Positions 42,653-53,203 of a stretch of 64,000 nt of DNA are shown piece by piece. The notes under the pieces were generated by a model that saw only the letters and a list, made by a program, of their open reading frames with translations, had not been told where the DNA came from and made no database searches. Location: NCBI GenBank assembly GCA_965217865.1, contig CBDCJO010000002.1, forward strand, positions 2,496,001-2,560,000, in the 5' to 3' direction. Both the position numbers and the translations under genes were made by a program. Source of the stretch: Candidatus Latescibacterota bacterium. GTDB taxonomy: Bacteria > Latescibacterota > UBA2968 > SICM01. How positions within the stretch are numbered: position 1 is the stretch's first letter; each line of letters begins with the position of its first letter.

Positions 42653-45600
42653 ATGGTGAAGATGAAATTGAAGAACCTAAATTATTTAACAGGATTGGTG
42701 ATTTTCTCGATCCTGACCTTTTTCCCGGCCGGATCGGGTCACGCAGTGACCGTAGATCTGGAACTGGCCACAGTGGATCAGAACGGGTCCAACTTGGCGT
42801 CCGGTATCGTCCAGTCAAACGGGTTCGGCTCCGCCTCTCCTGGGACCATCACCAACTTTCCACTGGGACAGGGAAGATTTGCCCAGGGACTTTTCGGTGG
42901 GATCTTTTATAGGATAAATAACGTCGACACGCTTCCCCACGTTGTGGATAGCACGACGGCCAAGGTGGACGCGGCCACAGGGGCTACGACCTTCGTCCAG
43001 GATCTGTCACCCGGGTTCTCCAGGATCCAATTCGTCTTTACAATCGCAGATATTACGGTTGAGACAGTGGATATTACCGGGGCTCAGGTTCCCGGCGCGA
43101 TCAGCCTTCCAGGCGTCGGCGGAACCGGTTCCGCGCTTGTTTCGCAATATCTTTCAGGGAAGGGATTTTCCCTGACGGCGTCTTTCGGTGGAGTTACCTA
43201 CACGACGCCGGACATCGACGTGGATCTGTTCAGGCCGGGCCGGACAATTCGCGTGGACGCGGTTACCGGTGCTTTGCTTCCCGACGGGCCTTCGCTTGCC
43301 AATGATCAGGCCGAGATCGAAGTGGTCTTCTCGACCACTTTCCAGTTGCAGCTCGCCACAGTGGATCAGGACGAGATTGATTTAGGGCCTATCGGAGGGA
43401 CGATTTCATCCCAGGGGCTTAATGCGGTGCCTTCGCCTTCCAACTTTTTCACCTACACGCTGGGTGAAGGACGATTCGCCCAGGGGGATTTCAGCGGGGT
43501 TTCTTATAACATCCCCGACATCGACACGCTTCCGCACGTGGTGAACGGTCAGACCGCAAAAGTGGATGTGGGCACCGGGGTGACGACGTTTGTTTCGGAT
43601 CAGTCACCGGGTGTATCCCGAATCCATTTCGTGTTTTCGCGGGTTGAGACCCTGACGGTAAAGACGGTGGATATCGGTTTCGTTCAGGTAGACGGTTCGA
43701 TCAGCATGCCGGGTGTCGGGGGGACGGGGATCGCATTCGTTCCCAACTATGTTTCAGGTCAGGGATTTTCCCTGACGACGGATTTAAGTGGTATCATCTA
43801 CACGACCCCAGACATCGACACGGACCTGTTCAAGTCCGGCCGGACGGTACGTGTGGATGCGGTGACAGGTCTCCTTCTTCCAGACGGTCCTGCGCTTCCG
43901 AGCAATATGGCCGAGATCCAAGTGGTTTACCCTGGTACGCTGCAGCTTCAGCTGGCCACTGTGGATCAGGACGATGTTGATTTAGGCATTTTTGGCGGGA
44001 CGGTTTCGTCGCAGGGGCTTGGCGAGACCTCGCCCTCGAGCTTTTTTGCCTACACGATCGGCGAAGCCCGGTTTGCGCAGGGGGATTTCAACTCGGTCTC
44101 CTACAACATCCCGAACATCGACACGCTTCCGCACGTCGTGAACGGTCAGACCGCGAAGGTGGATGTGGTCACTGGCACGACGACGTTTGTTTCGGATCAG
44201 GCGACGGGTTCGGCGCGGATCCACTTTGTTTATACACGCGCCGAGACGCTGACAGTGAGGACGGTGGATAACGGTGGTATTCAGGTGGCGGGTTCGATCA
44301 GCCTTCCCGGTGTCGGTGGGACGGGGATCGCTTTTGTTCCCAATTATGTCTCAGGAAAGGGATTTTCCCTGGCGACGATATTCGGCGGGATCACGTACAC
44401 GACGCCGAACATCGATGTTTCGCTGTTCAATCCGGGACGAACGGTACGGGTTGATGCGGTGACGGGTCTTCTTCTTCCGGACGGTCCAGCGCTTGCGAGC
44501 AACAGGGCTGAGATCCAGGTGGTCTATTCGACCTCAGTCCAGCTGCGGTTGGCCACGGTGGATCAGGACGATGTGGATCTGGGAGCGTTCGGGGGTGGGA
44601 TTTCCTCCCAGGGTCTGAACGGCGTTCCTTCTCCCGTCGACCTTGCCTACACGATCGGCGAGGCCCGGTTTGCCCAGGGGAGTTTCAATGCGGTCTCCTA
44701 CAACATCCCGAACATCGACACGCTTCCGCACGTTGTAGACGGTCAGACCGCGAAGGTGGATGTGGTCACGGGCACGACGACGTTTGTGTCTGATCAGGCG
44801 GCTGGCTCGGCGCGGATTCATTTTGTGTATACGCGTGCCGAGACGCTGGTTGTGAAGACGGTTGATAACGGTGGTGTTCAGGTGGCGGGTTCGATCAGCA
44901 TGCCGGGTGTCGGGGGTACGGGGATCGCTTTCGTTCCCAACTATGTTTCGGGTCAGGGATTTTCCCTTACGACGGTATTCGGTGGGATTACATACACGAC
45001 GCCGAACATCGATGTTTCGCTGTTCAATCCGGGACGAACGGTACGGGTTGATGCGGTGACGGGTCTTCTTCTTCCGGACGGTCCAGCGCTTGCGAGCAAC
45101 AGGGCTGAGATCCAGGTGGTCTATTCGACCTCAGTCCAGCTGCGGTTGGCCACGGTGGATCAGGACGATGTGGATCTGGGAGCGTTCGGGGGTGGGATTT
45201 CCTCCCAGGGTCTGAACGGCGTTCCTTCTCCCGTCGACCTTGCCTACACGATCGGCGAGGCCCGGTTTGCCCAGGGGAGTTTCAATGCGGTCTCCTACAA
45301 CATCCCGAACATCGACACGCTTCCGCACGTTGTAGACGGTCAGACCGCGAAGGTGGATGTGGTCACGGGCACGACGACGTTTGTGTCTGATCAGGCGGCT
45401 GGCTCGGCGCGGATTCATTTTGTGTATACGCGTGCCGAGACGCTGGTTGTGAAGACGGTTGATAACGGTGGTGTTCAGGTGGCGGGTTCGATCAGCATGC
45501 CGGGTGTCGAGGGTACGGGGATCGCTTTCGTTCCCAACTATGTTTCGGGTCAGGGATTTTCCCTTACGACGGTATTCGGTGGGATTACATACACGACGCC

Positions 45601-46804
45601 GAGCATCGATGTTTCGCTGTTCAGTCCGGGCAGGACGGTCCGGGTTGATGCGGTGACGGGTCTTCTTCTCCCGGACGGTCCAGCGCTTGCGAGCAACAGG
45701 GCTGAGATCCAGGTGGTCTATTCGACCTCAGTCCAGCTGCGGTTGGCCACGGTGGATCAGGACGATGTGGATCTGGGTGTGTTTGGCGGTGGGATTTCCT
45801 CCCAGGGTCTGAACGGTGCTCCTTCTCCGGTCGACCTTGCCTACACGATCGGCGAGGCCCGGTTTGCACTCGGAAGTTTCAACGCGGTCTCCTACAACAT
45901 CCCGAACATCGACACGCTTCCGCACGTTGTAGACGGTCAGACGGCGAAGGTTGACGTGAACACGGGCACGACGACGTTTGTCTCGGATCAGGCGCCGGGT
46001 TCGGCACGGATCCACTTTGTATATTCGCGCGCAGAGACGCTGACGGTGAAGACGTTTGATCAGCACGGCGGGCTCATTCCCGGCCAGATCAGCATGCCGG
46101 GGCTTGGTGTCGGCTCACCGGGTTCCGTTACTATCCCTAACTACGTTTCAGGTCAGGGATTTTTCCTGACGACGACTTTCAGCGGGGTCGTTTATTCGAC
46201 CCCGAACATCGACGTGGATCTTTTCGGACTGGGTCGGACGATTCGCGTGGACGCAGCGACGGGCGCACTCCTTCTGGACGGTCCGCCGGTGGCTTCGAAT
46301 CATATCGTGATCTGCGTGATCTACACCAATATTGTCGAGTTGCAATTGGCCACGGTGGATCAGGATGAGGTTGATTTAGGCGTTTTCGGTGGGACGGTCT
46401 CCTCACAGGGTATTAACCAGGTTCCCTCTCCTTCCGCCTTTATTGTTGACTATACGTTGGGCCAGGGACGGTTCGCCCAAGGAGAGTTAAATTCGGTTTC
46501 TTACAACATTCCGAACATCGACACGCTTCCCCACGTTGCGGACGGTCAGACGGCGAAGGTGGATGTGAACACGGGCGTGACGACATTCGTTTCGGATCAG
46601 TCGCTCGGTTTTGCCCGGATCCACTTCGTTTATACGCGTGCTGAGACGCTTGCGGTGAAGACCGTGGATCAGAACGGAAACATCGTTCTCGGTTCCATCA
46701 GCATGCCCGGGTTTGGCGTCGGCTCCCCTGGTGTGGTGAACGTTCCTAACTATGTATTGGGTCAGGCGTTTACCCTGACGACGACTTTCAGTTCGATCAC
46801 CTAA
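42653..46804 (+). CDS. Large secreted tandem-repeat protein (7 x ~199 aa), probably 3'-truncated
   Basis: Signal peptide; LATVDQ units begin at ~42764, 43352, 43952, 44549, 45146, 45743, 46346; the ORF ends inside unit 7. Confidence 0.85.
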   Translation: MVKMKLKNLNYLTGLVIFSILTFFPAGSGHAVTVDLELATVDQNGSNLASGIVQSNGFGSASPGTITNFPLGQGRFAQGLFGGIFYRINNVDTLPHVVDSTTAKVDAATGATTFVQDLSPGFSRIQFVFTIADITVETVDITGAQVPGAISLPGVGGTGSALVSQYLSGKGFSLTASFGGVTYTTPDIDVDLFRPGRTIRVDAVTGALLPDGPSLANDQAEIEVVFSTTFQLQLATVDQDEIDLGPIGGTISSQGLNAVPSPSNFFTYTLGEGRFAQGDFSGVSYNIPDIDTLPHVVNGQTAKVDVGTGVTTFVSDQSPGVSRIHFVFSRVETLTVKTVDIGFVQVDGSISMPGVGGTGIAFVPNYVSGQGFSLTTDLSGIIYTTPDIDTDLFKSGRTVRVDAVTGLLLPDGPALPSNMAEIQVVYPGTLQLQLATVDQDDVDLGIFGGTVSSQGLGETSPSSFFAYTIGEARFAQGDFNSVSYNIPNIDTLPHVVNGQTAKVDVVTGTTTFVSDQATGSARIHFVYTRAETLTVRTVDNGGIQVAGSISLPGVGGTGIAFVPNYVSGKGFSLATIFGGITYTTPNIDVSLFNPGRTVRVDAVTGLLLPDGPALASNRAEIQVVYSTSVQLRLATVDQDDVDLGAFGGGISSQGLNGVPSPVDLAYTIGEARFAQGSFNAVSYNIPNIDTLPHVVDGQTAKVDVVTGTTTFVSDQAAGSARIHFVYTRAETLVVKTVDNGGVQVAGSISMPGVGGTGIAFVPNYVSGQGFSLTTVFGGITYTTPNIDVSLFNPGRTVRVDAVTGLLLPDGPALASNRAEIQVVYSTSVQLRLATVDQDDVDLGAFGGGISSQGLNGVPSPVDLAYTIGEARFAQGSFNAVSYNIPNIDTLPHVVDGQTAKVDVVTGTTTFVSDQAAGSARIHFVYTRAETLVVKTVDNGGVQVAGSISMPGVEGTGIAFVPNYVSGQGFSLTTVFGGITYTTPSIDVSLFSPGRTVRVDAVTGLLLPDGPALASNRAEIQVVYSTSVQLRLATVDQDDVDLGVFGGGISSQGLNGAPSPVDLAYTIGEARFALGSFNAVSYNIPNIDTLPHVVDGQTAKVDVNTGTTTFVSDQAPGSARIHFVYSRAETLTVKTFDQHGGLIPGQISMPGLGVGSPGSVTIPNYVSGQGFFLTTTFSGVVYSTPNIDVDLFGLGRTIRVDAATGALLLDGPPVASNHIVICVIYTNIVELQLATVDQDEVDLGVFGGTVSSQGINQVPSPSAFIVDYTLGQGRFAQGELNSVSYNIPNIDTLPHVADGQTAKVDVNTGVTTFVSDQSLGFARIHFVYTRAETLAVKTVDQNGNIVLGSISMPGFGVGSPGVVNVPNYVLGQAFTLTTTFSSIT

Positions 46805-47003
46805 GCTTGCGTTCGGCCAATCCCAGAGTCTTTTGTGCAACCAGGGATTTCTGCTGAGCCAGTTTTGCCCGGTTGTTCTCCTCGAAGAGCTTCTGCTGCT
46901 TATCCCGGAGCACCTGCTCTTGTCTCCGGATCTCCGAGACGATCAGGTACTTGCCGACGATGCAGACCCCCACCAGCATAAATGCAAGGACAATCCAGGA
47001 CAT
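46797..47003 (-). CDS. Membrane-anchored coiled-coil protein, possibly truncated
   Basis: N-terminal transmembrane helix plus Q/K/E-rich coil; overlaps the end of the convergent gene. Confidence 0.55.
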   Translation of the reverse strand: MSWIVLAFMLVGVCIVGKYLIVSEIRRQEQVLRDKQQKLFEENNRAKLAQQKSLVAQKTLGLAERKLR

Positions 47004-47021
47004 TATTCAACTCTTTGAAAT

Positions 47022-47336
47022 TCACCGGATTCTTTGGGGTGGCTTTTCCTGATCTTCAAGTTCCTCATTTTTCTTCTGCTGAAGATTGATCCGGGCTTGT
47101 AAATCCGAGATTTCCTTTTCGTACTTCAGCACCTCTTCCTCCACCTCTCCCACTTTGCGTTCCGCCTCCATCGCCTGCGTTTCTGATTTGTCCGCTTCAG
47201 CCGTCTGCTTTTCGATCTGCTTATTGAGGTAATCGATCCTGGGCTTTATCTCATTCAATCGATAGAGAAAGGACATAATCATGTGGATCAGGTAGCCCGC
47301 ACTGACGACGATGACCCCTATAAATATCCAGTCCAT
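47022..47336 (-). CDS. Membrane-anchored coiled-coil protein
   Basis: N-terminal transmembrane helix, heptad-rich tail, RBS. Confidence 0.7.
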   Translation of the reverse strand: MDWIFIGVIVVSAGYLIHMIMSFLYRLNEIKPRIDYLNKQIEKQTAEADKSETQAMEAERKVGEVEEEVLKYEKEISDLQARINLQQKKNEELEDQEKPPQRIR

Positions 47337-47459
47337 AGTTTCCTTGGTTATCCACGATTTTTGGAATAATTATCGCTATAATAAGACAACTTCTAGAACT
47401 AAGTCAAGATAAATCCATTTTGGAAAAGTAAGTGGCCGAATCCATTCACGAGAAGGGGT

Positions 47460-48794
47460 TTAACCCTCCTCTTGCGCGGCGATTCCGAGGTGGCGCAAGA
47501 TATCACCAACGAGATATAACGAACCTGTCACGCAAATCAGGTCGTCGGGTCGGGCTATGGAAAACGCGCTTTCAAAGGCGGCGATGGGGCTTTCCACCAC
47601 GTGCAGGGTCACTTCGGTGTCGCAGACCATCTGAGATATCGTGAGGGGTTCCGCAGCCTTTGGCTGGCTCGACCCGGTGAGGAAAGCCACTTCGGCACAA
47701 CGCTCCAAAACTCTCCAAACGCCGCTGATGTCTTTATCGGTCGCGATCCCAAACACCAAGATGAGCCTGTCGTAAGAGAACCCCTCTTTAAGGGACTGAA
47801 CCAGGCCCCTGGCGCTCTCGATCGTATGCGCCCCGTCCATAACAATCGTGGGATCTTTTCCGATCACCTGTAATCGTCCCGGCCATGTGGCTTCTTTCAA
47901 CCCATGCCTGACGGAATCTTCCGGAATGGAGATCCCCGTATCTCTCAATACCTCGGCAATCGCAACCGCCACAACGGCATTGATGACTTGATGTCCCCCT
48001 TTCAAAGCGATCTCCAGTCCGTCGAAGTTTCTGAGGCCGGCCACATCGAAAATTTGATGATTTGCATCACGTGAACGAAACGTGAATCGGATATCCTTAC
48101 CCACCTCAATGAATCGCGCATTCCGTTCCGCAGAGAACGACCGGATCGCGGTGGCCGCCTCTTCCGGCTGAGGAGCACTGACCACAGGAACACCATTTTT
48201 GACAATTCCTGCCTTCTCTCCCGCGATTTTCTTCAACGTGTGGCCTAAGTTTAGAGCGTGGTCGAATCCGATCGCTGTAATCGCGCAGACTGCCGGAGTG
48301 ACAACGTTTGTTGCGTCGAGCCGGCCGCCCATTCCCACCTCCAGAAGGGTTTGATCCACCTTTTCCCGGGCATAGTGATCCAGGGCGATCGCCGTCATCG
48401 CCTCAAAGTAGGTGACCTCTCCCAATTCCTCTTTGGAAATTCGCTCAACGCAAGGCTTCAGACGATCAACCAGTTGGACCATGGTACCCTTCGGGATCAT
48501 CCTGCGGTCGATCATGATCCGTTCCCGCAGATCAACAAGCCCCGGCTGGGTATAGAGTCCCACACGATAGCCCGACTTCCGGAGGATAGAATCCACGAAG
48601 GCGCAGACCGAGCCCTTCCCCTTGGTGCCGCCGACGTGGACGCATCGAAGACTGCGATGGGGCTCACCCAGGAGTTCGAGCAGCGCACGCATACGATCCA
48701 GCCGGAATGCCCGCTGGTGGGCCATCGATACACCCCGATCTGCCCGCTCGAAGTCGATCAGGCTATTCAGATAGGCGATGGCTTTATCATACAT
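47460..48794 (-). CDS. folC: Folylpolyglutamate/dihydrofolate synthase
   Basis: HVGGTKGKGS, EVGMGGRLDATN, IAGEKAGI, WPGR, DGAH, TGSLYLVG. Confidence 0.95.
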   Translation of the reverse strand: MYDKAIAYLNSLIDFERADRGVSMAHQRAFRLDRMRALLELLGEPHRSLRCVHVGGTKGKGSVCAFVDSILRKSGYRVGLYTQPGLVDLRERIMIDRRMIPKGTMVQLVDRLKPCVERISKEELGEVTYFEAMTAIALDHYAREKVDQTLLEVGMGGRLDATNVVTPAVCAITAIGFDHALNLGHTLKKIAGEKAGIVKNGVPVVSAPQPEEAATAIRSFSAERNARFIEVGKDIRFTFRSRDANHQIFDVAGLRNFDGLEIALKGGHQVINAVVAVAIAEVLRDTGISIPEDSVRHGLKEATWPGRLQVIGKDPTIVMDGAHTIESARGLVQSLKEGFSYDRLILVFGIATDKDISGVWRVLERCAEVAFLTGSSQPKAAEPLTISQMVCDTEVTLHVVESPIAAFESAFSIARPDDLICVTGSLYLVGDILRHLGIAAQEEG

Positions 48795-49072
48795 AATTCT
48801 AGGCTCCGGGCATCCATGGGCAAGGGGGGGCCGCGATCATGTTACCATAGAGTCCCACATCTGTCCTGTCTTCAAACGGCACAAAGGATTTTAATATTGC
48901 GTATTTCATTAATTTACAAAATATTATAGAGTCACCCCCATCTCGGCCTTGAATCGCCGGTGTGGGTTTTACATGGTTCATTCTGACGATAAGGTCTGGC
49001 GTGAAGGATATTTTTATATATATTTGATGGGCCTTTAGGATTCATTCCCCAAATTTCACAGATGAGGAGACT

Positions 49073-50767
49073 ATGTTGAGCGATCTTGAGATTGCCCAGG
49101 GTGCAAAGATCAAACCGATACAGGAAATCGCGTCGGGAATCGGTATTTTTGAAACGGAACTCGAACGCTACGGAGATTATAAAGCGAAGGTAAAACTCGA
49201 CGTTCTCGAGAGGTTTGGGGAACGGCCGAATGGAAAATATATCGTTGTCACATCGATCACACCGACGCCCCTGGGAGAAGGGAAGACCGTTACAACCATA
49301 GGCCTATCTCAGGCTTTTAACAGGATCGGTAAAAAGGTCTTTACGTGTATTCGACAGCCCTCAATGGGGCCAACATTCGGAATCAAAGGGGGAGCGGCGG
49401 GGGGAGGCTTTTCCCAGGTCGTGCCCATGGAGGATTTCAACCTTCACCTCACCGGTGACAACCACGCTGTGAGTGCCGCACACAATCTGCTCTCAGCGGC
49501 GGTTGATGCCTCCTTGATGCACAAAAATCCCCTGAACATCGATCCCTCAAGCATCACCTGGAATAGAGTCGTCGACGTGAACGACCGGGCATTGCGGCAG
49601 ATCGTTATCGGTTTGGGAGGGCGAGAAAACGGTGGGCCTCGCGAAACAGGTTTCGACATCACGGCAGCCAGCGAATGCATGGCAATACTCGCCCTTGCCT
49701 CCGGTCTTCAAGACCTGAGGGACCGGTTGGGCAAGATCGTGATTGGCATGACGATGGATAAGAAGCCCGTCACCGCGGAGGACCTCCAGGCCGCTGGTGC
49801 TATGGCCGTGTTGATGAAGGATGCGATCCAACCGACGCTTATGCAGACCCTTGAGGGAACCCCCGTCTTCGTCCACGCGGGCCCATTCGCGAACATCGCC
49901 CACGGCAACTCCTCCATCCTGGCCGACAAAATCGCTCTCAAACTCGCTGACTACGTGGTCACGGAGAGCGGCTTTGGTGCAGATTGTGGTATGGAGAAGT
50001 TTTTCAACATCAAATGCCGTTATTCAGGCCTTATCCCGAACTGTGCAGTCATCGTTGTGAGCATCCGGGCGCTTAAGATGCACGGTGGGCTCGGACGAAT
50101 CATCGCCGGAAAGCCACTGCCAAAGGTAATCGAAAAGGAGAACTTGCCTGCACTTGAAAAGGGTTTCGAAAACCTCACCAAACATCTTAAGAATGTGCGG
50201 CTCTTCGGGATCCCCGCTGTCGTGGCGATCAATCACTTCACCTCGGACTCTCCCGGGGAAATCGAACTCCTCCGGAACATGGCGAAGTCAGCGTGCGCCG
50301 ATGACGCCGTCCTGTGCGATGTCTGGGCAAACGGAGGAGCCGGGGGAGCCGAACTCGCAGAGGCGGTCGTTTCGGCTTGCGAGAAACCGTCGAATTTCCG
50401 TTTTCTCTACGGCCTGGACGTCCCGATAAAAACCAAGATCAGTCAGATTGCCAAAAAAGTCTACGGTGCGGTTGAAGTGGATTATGCACCCCGGGCTGAG
50501 CAGCAGATCGCCAACTACACCAAATTGGGATTCCACCGACTTCCCATATGCATGGCCAAAACACATCTTTCCCTGTCCCACGAACCCTCCTGGAAGGGGG
50601 CACCGGAAAACTTCCGTCTTCCGATCCGGGACGTGCGCGCCTCTATTGGCGCGGGATTCCTCTATCCCCTGTGCGGAGAGATGAGAACCATGCCCGGCCT
50701 TTCCAGCAGACCCGCCTTCAAGAAGATCGATCTTGATGAAAAAGGGAAAATCGTGGGATTATCCTGA
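49073..50767 (+). CDS. fhs: Formate--tetrahydrofolate ligase
   Basis: [36 protein letters not shown]. Confidence 0.97.
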   Translation: MLSDLEIAQGAKIKPIQEIASGIGIFETELERYGDYKAKVKLDVLERFGERPNGKYIVVTSITPTPLGEGKTVTTIGLSQAFNRIGKKVFTCIRQPSMGPTFGIKGGAAGGGFSQVVPMEDFNLHLTGDNHAVSAAHNLLSAAVDASLMHKNPLNIDPSSITWNRVVDVNDRALRQIVIGLGGRENGGPRETGFDITAASECMAILALASGLQDLRDRLGKIVIGMTMDKKPVTAEDLQAAGAMAVLMKDAIQPTLMQTLEGTPVFVHAGPFANIAHGNSSILADKIALKLADYVVTESGFGADCGMEKFFNIKCRYSGLIPNCAVIVVSIRALKMHGGLGRIIAGKPLPKVIEKENLPALEKGFENLTKHLKNVRLFGIPAVVAINHFTSDSPGEIELLRNMAKSACADDAVLCDVWANGGAGGAELAEAVVSACEKPSNFRFLYGLDVPIKTKISQIAKKVYGAVEVDYAPRAEQQIANYTKLGFHRLPICMAKTHLSLSHEPSWKGAPENFRLPIRDVRASIGAGFLYPLCGEMRTMPGLSSRPAFKKIDLDEKGKIVGLS

Positions 50768-50885
50768 AGGGACGATAGGCGATTCGCCCTTGGACCCCTA
50801 AGGGATACATTTTGGAGCTTCCCGGAAAGAAGAGCATCACCCGACGCACTTTGGGTGTAATTCGGCATCCGTCCTCCCCCGAACC

Positions 50886-51188
50886 CTAGGCGTTGATCGC
50901 ATCAACTGCGGTTGCAAAGTCCACATCGCTTTGGGTAATCGTCCCCGTACTGTGGGTCGTTACGGAGACCTTCAAGATTTTGGTGCGGCTGTCCACAGCG
51001 AGGTCCGAGTGGTGGCTGTTTTTATCCATGGTATCCAGAACGCTTCGCAGGAAGGGCATGAGCTGTGCGAACTTTTCGAATTTCCACTCTCGGACAAGGG
51101 TGTTTCCGTCGCGTCGCCATCCGTTAAGAAACTTGAGCGCGGCCTCAATCTGGGCACTTCCGAGCACCGTCTTGTCTTCGACCGCCAT
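50886..51188 (-). CDS. Pterin-4-alpha-carbinolamine dehydratase
   Basis: LNGW, REWKF, HHSDL, TTHSTGTIT..D. Confidence 0.8.
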   Translation of the reverse strand: MAVEDKTVLGSAQIEAALKFLNGWRRDGNTLVREWKFEKFAQLMPFLRSVLDTMDKNSHHSDLAVDSRTKILKVSVTTHSTGTITQSDVDFATAVDAINA

Positions 51189-51395
51189 CGATCCCTCCTT
51201 TGTTTAAAACCCAAGTCGTGCCGTCAGAGACTTGGGAATCAGCATGAATTTACTGGATACGCCGCTCAAATATAACGGATCGGACATAAGCCCGCAATTA
51301 TTGAATCCACAACGAGGAACCCACTCGGCAAAAAAACGTCAACCCACTAGACCGAGCCATTCCCACAATCAACTTCAAATTGCGAAAGCATTTAT

Positions 51396-51959
51396 ATGTC
51401 TTTCTGGCGCAACCGCTTCGGTAGGTCCGTCCGTGGCCTCCTCCTGATCCCTTTTTTTTTCGCCACGTTCGGATGCGGATCAAACGCCCCCAACCAGCCT
51501 CCCAATCCCCCCATCCCCTCGCCTCAACCCGGCGGATTCATCTTTGTAAGGACCGTCGAACTCAACGCGTATCTCCAAGCCCTCGACCCGACGATCCCTG
51601 ATTTTCGCGCGATTATCCAGGAACAGAATGCTGTCCTTGGAGACTGGTCGGACGGCAGGACAAATCCCTATTGGACTCAAATATTCGTGAACAATGTGAT
51701 TCTACGGATACAGGCTTATTCCCTTAGGCTGAACGCAATCCGACCGGATAACCCTGAGCTCCGGGATATACACGATCAGTTCTCCCTGGCCATTCAAACG
51801 CTTGAGGGGGGCATGGAAGTATTCCGCGTGGCGATCGACCCGGAGGACAGCCGTCTCCTTGGACAGGCCTTCGGAGATTTCGTTCGGGTCAATGATCTCG
51901 TAAATACGGTCACCGTTCGATTGAGCAATCTTGCGGGACAGCAGATCAGTTTCTTTTAA
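51396..51959 (+). CDS. Hypothetical lipoprotein
   Basis: Lipobox-like TFG-C, Pro-rich linker, helical domain. Confidence 0.65.
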   Translation: MSFWRNRFGRSVRGLLLIPFFFATFGCGSNAPNQPPNPPIPSPQPGGFIFVRTVELNAYLQALDPTIPDFRAIIQEQNAVLGDWSDGRTNPYWTQIFVNNVILRIQAYSLRLNAIRPDNPELRDIHDQFSLAIQTLEGGMEVFRVAIDPEDSRLLGQAFGDFVRVNDLVNTVTVRLSNLAGQQISFF

Positions 51960-52039
51960 CACCCGGCCATCCGAACCCAAAAAAAGCGTATGAACCATCA
52001 GGATCATACGCCTACCATATATGCCAGCTCACCCCGACC

Positions 52040-53047
52040 CTATACGAAGACGTCCGTGGTCTCTCCGCGGGTGACCGTGACCTGCCCGGCCTCCTCGAGC
52101 TGCCGCACCGTCTGGACGACCCGAAGCTGGACCTCCTCAACGTCGCTCATCCGGACCGGTCCGGAAAACTCCATCTCCTCGCGGATCATCTGGCTCACAC
52201 GCTCGGACACATTCGAAAAGATCCGATCCTGCATCTCGGGCGCAGACCCCTTCAGCGCAGTCGCCAGATCCTTCGTGTCCACCTCCCGCAGCACCATCTG
52301 GATCTCCCGGTCCGTCAGGTTCGCGATGTCGTCGAACGTGAACATCATGTTCCGGATCTCCTCCGCGATCTCTGGATCCTGGGAGTCCAGTCGCTCCAGA
52401 ACGGCCTTCTCGGTCGAACGGCCCGTCATGTTCAGGATCTCCGCCACCTTCTTCGGACCCCCGATCTCCGTGATCTGTCCCGTCAGGATCGCCTGGAGCT
52501 CGTTGGCAAGCGTATCCTCGATCTCCCGAAGCACCTGCGGTGAGATGTTCTCCATAGCGGCCACCCGGTAGGTCACCTCCGACTGGAGCTCTTCCGGAAG
52601 GATGTTCAGGACGCCCGCGGCCTGAGACGGGTCCAGCTGAGACAGGATCAGGGCGATCGTCTGCGGGTGCTCCTTGCTGATGAACGGGGCGATCTGGTTC
52701 GGCGCGATGTTCCGGAGCAGGTAGAAGCCCCCCGTGGTCGTGGCCGTCACCCGGTCGAGCATCGTCTGCGCCCGGCGGGGTCCCATGGCCTTCTCGAGCG
52801 TCCCGCGGGCGAAATCGATCCCGCCCATCGAGATGTACTTCCCGGCCATCAAAAGCGTCTCGAACTCCTCGAGGACCTCGTCCTCCTGGTCCGTCGTGAC
52901 GGTCCTGAGCTCGGCGATGGTCTGGGCGATGTCCTCGATCTCGTAATCGTTCAGGTATTTCAGGATCTCCGCGCTGGTGTCCTGACCGAGCGCGATCATC
53001 AGGATGGCCACTTTCTGGCGAGATGAAAATCCTTCCGTTTCCGCCAT
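52040..53047 (-). CDS. fliG: Flagellar motor switch protein FliG
   Basis: QKVAILMIALG, GGIDFA, EHPQTIALILS, GGPKKVAEILN, MFTFDDI, GPVRMSDVEEVQ; RBS precedes the ATG at 53047. Confidence 0.95.
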   Translation of the reverse strand: MAETEGFSSRQKVAILMIALGQDTSAEILKYLNDYEIEDIAQTIAELRTVTTDQEDEVLEEFETLLMAGKYISMGGIDFARGTLEKAMGPRRAQTMLDRVTATTTGGFYLLRNIAPNQIAPFISKEHPQTIALILSQLDPSQAAGVLNILPEELQSEVTYRVAAMENISPQVLREIEDTLANELQAILTGQITEIGGPKKVAEILNMTGRSTEKAVLERLDSQDPEIAEEIRNMMFTFDDIANLTDREIQMVLREVDTKDLATALKGSAPEMQDRIFSNVSERVSQMIREEMEFSGPVRMSDVEEVQLRVVQTVRQLEEAGQVTVTRGETTDVFV

Positions 53048-53203
53048 ATGTCTCCTGTTCAGGGAAATCTGTGAAGTGCGAACCCATCGGAAAGAAGTTG
53101 AAATTCTTGACACTTATTTATAAAAGCAGGGAAAAGGCCTGTTAAATCCTATGGATTTCGTCGAATCCCTTCCCGGTTCCTCAGATTGTCCAGAACAACT
53201 GAA

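Noticed and set aside
48795-49072. THF or ZMP/ZTP riboswitch between folC and fhs
   Set aside because: The context fits, but I could not find the conserved aptamer motifs by eye; an Rfam/Infernal scan would settle it.
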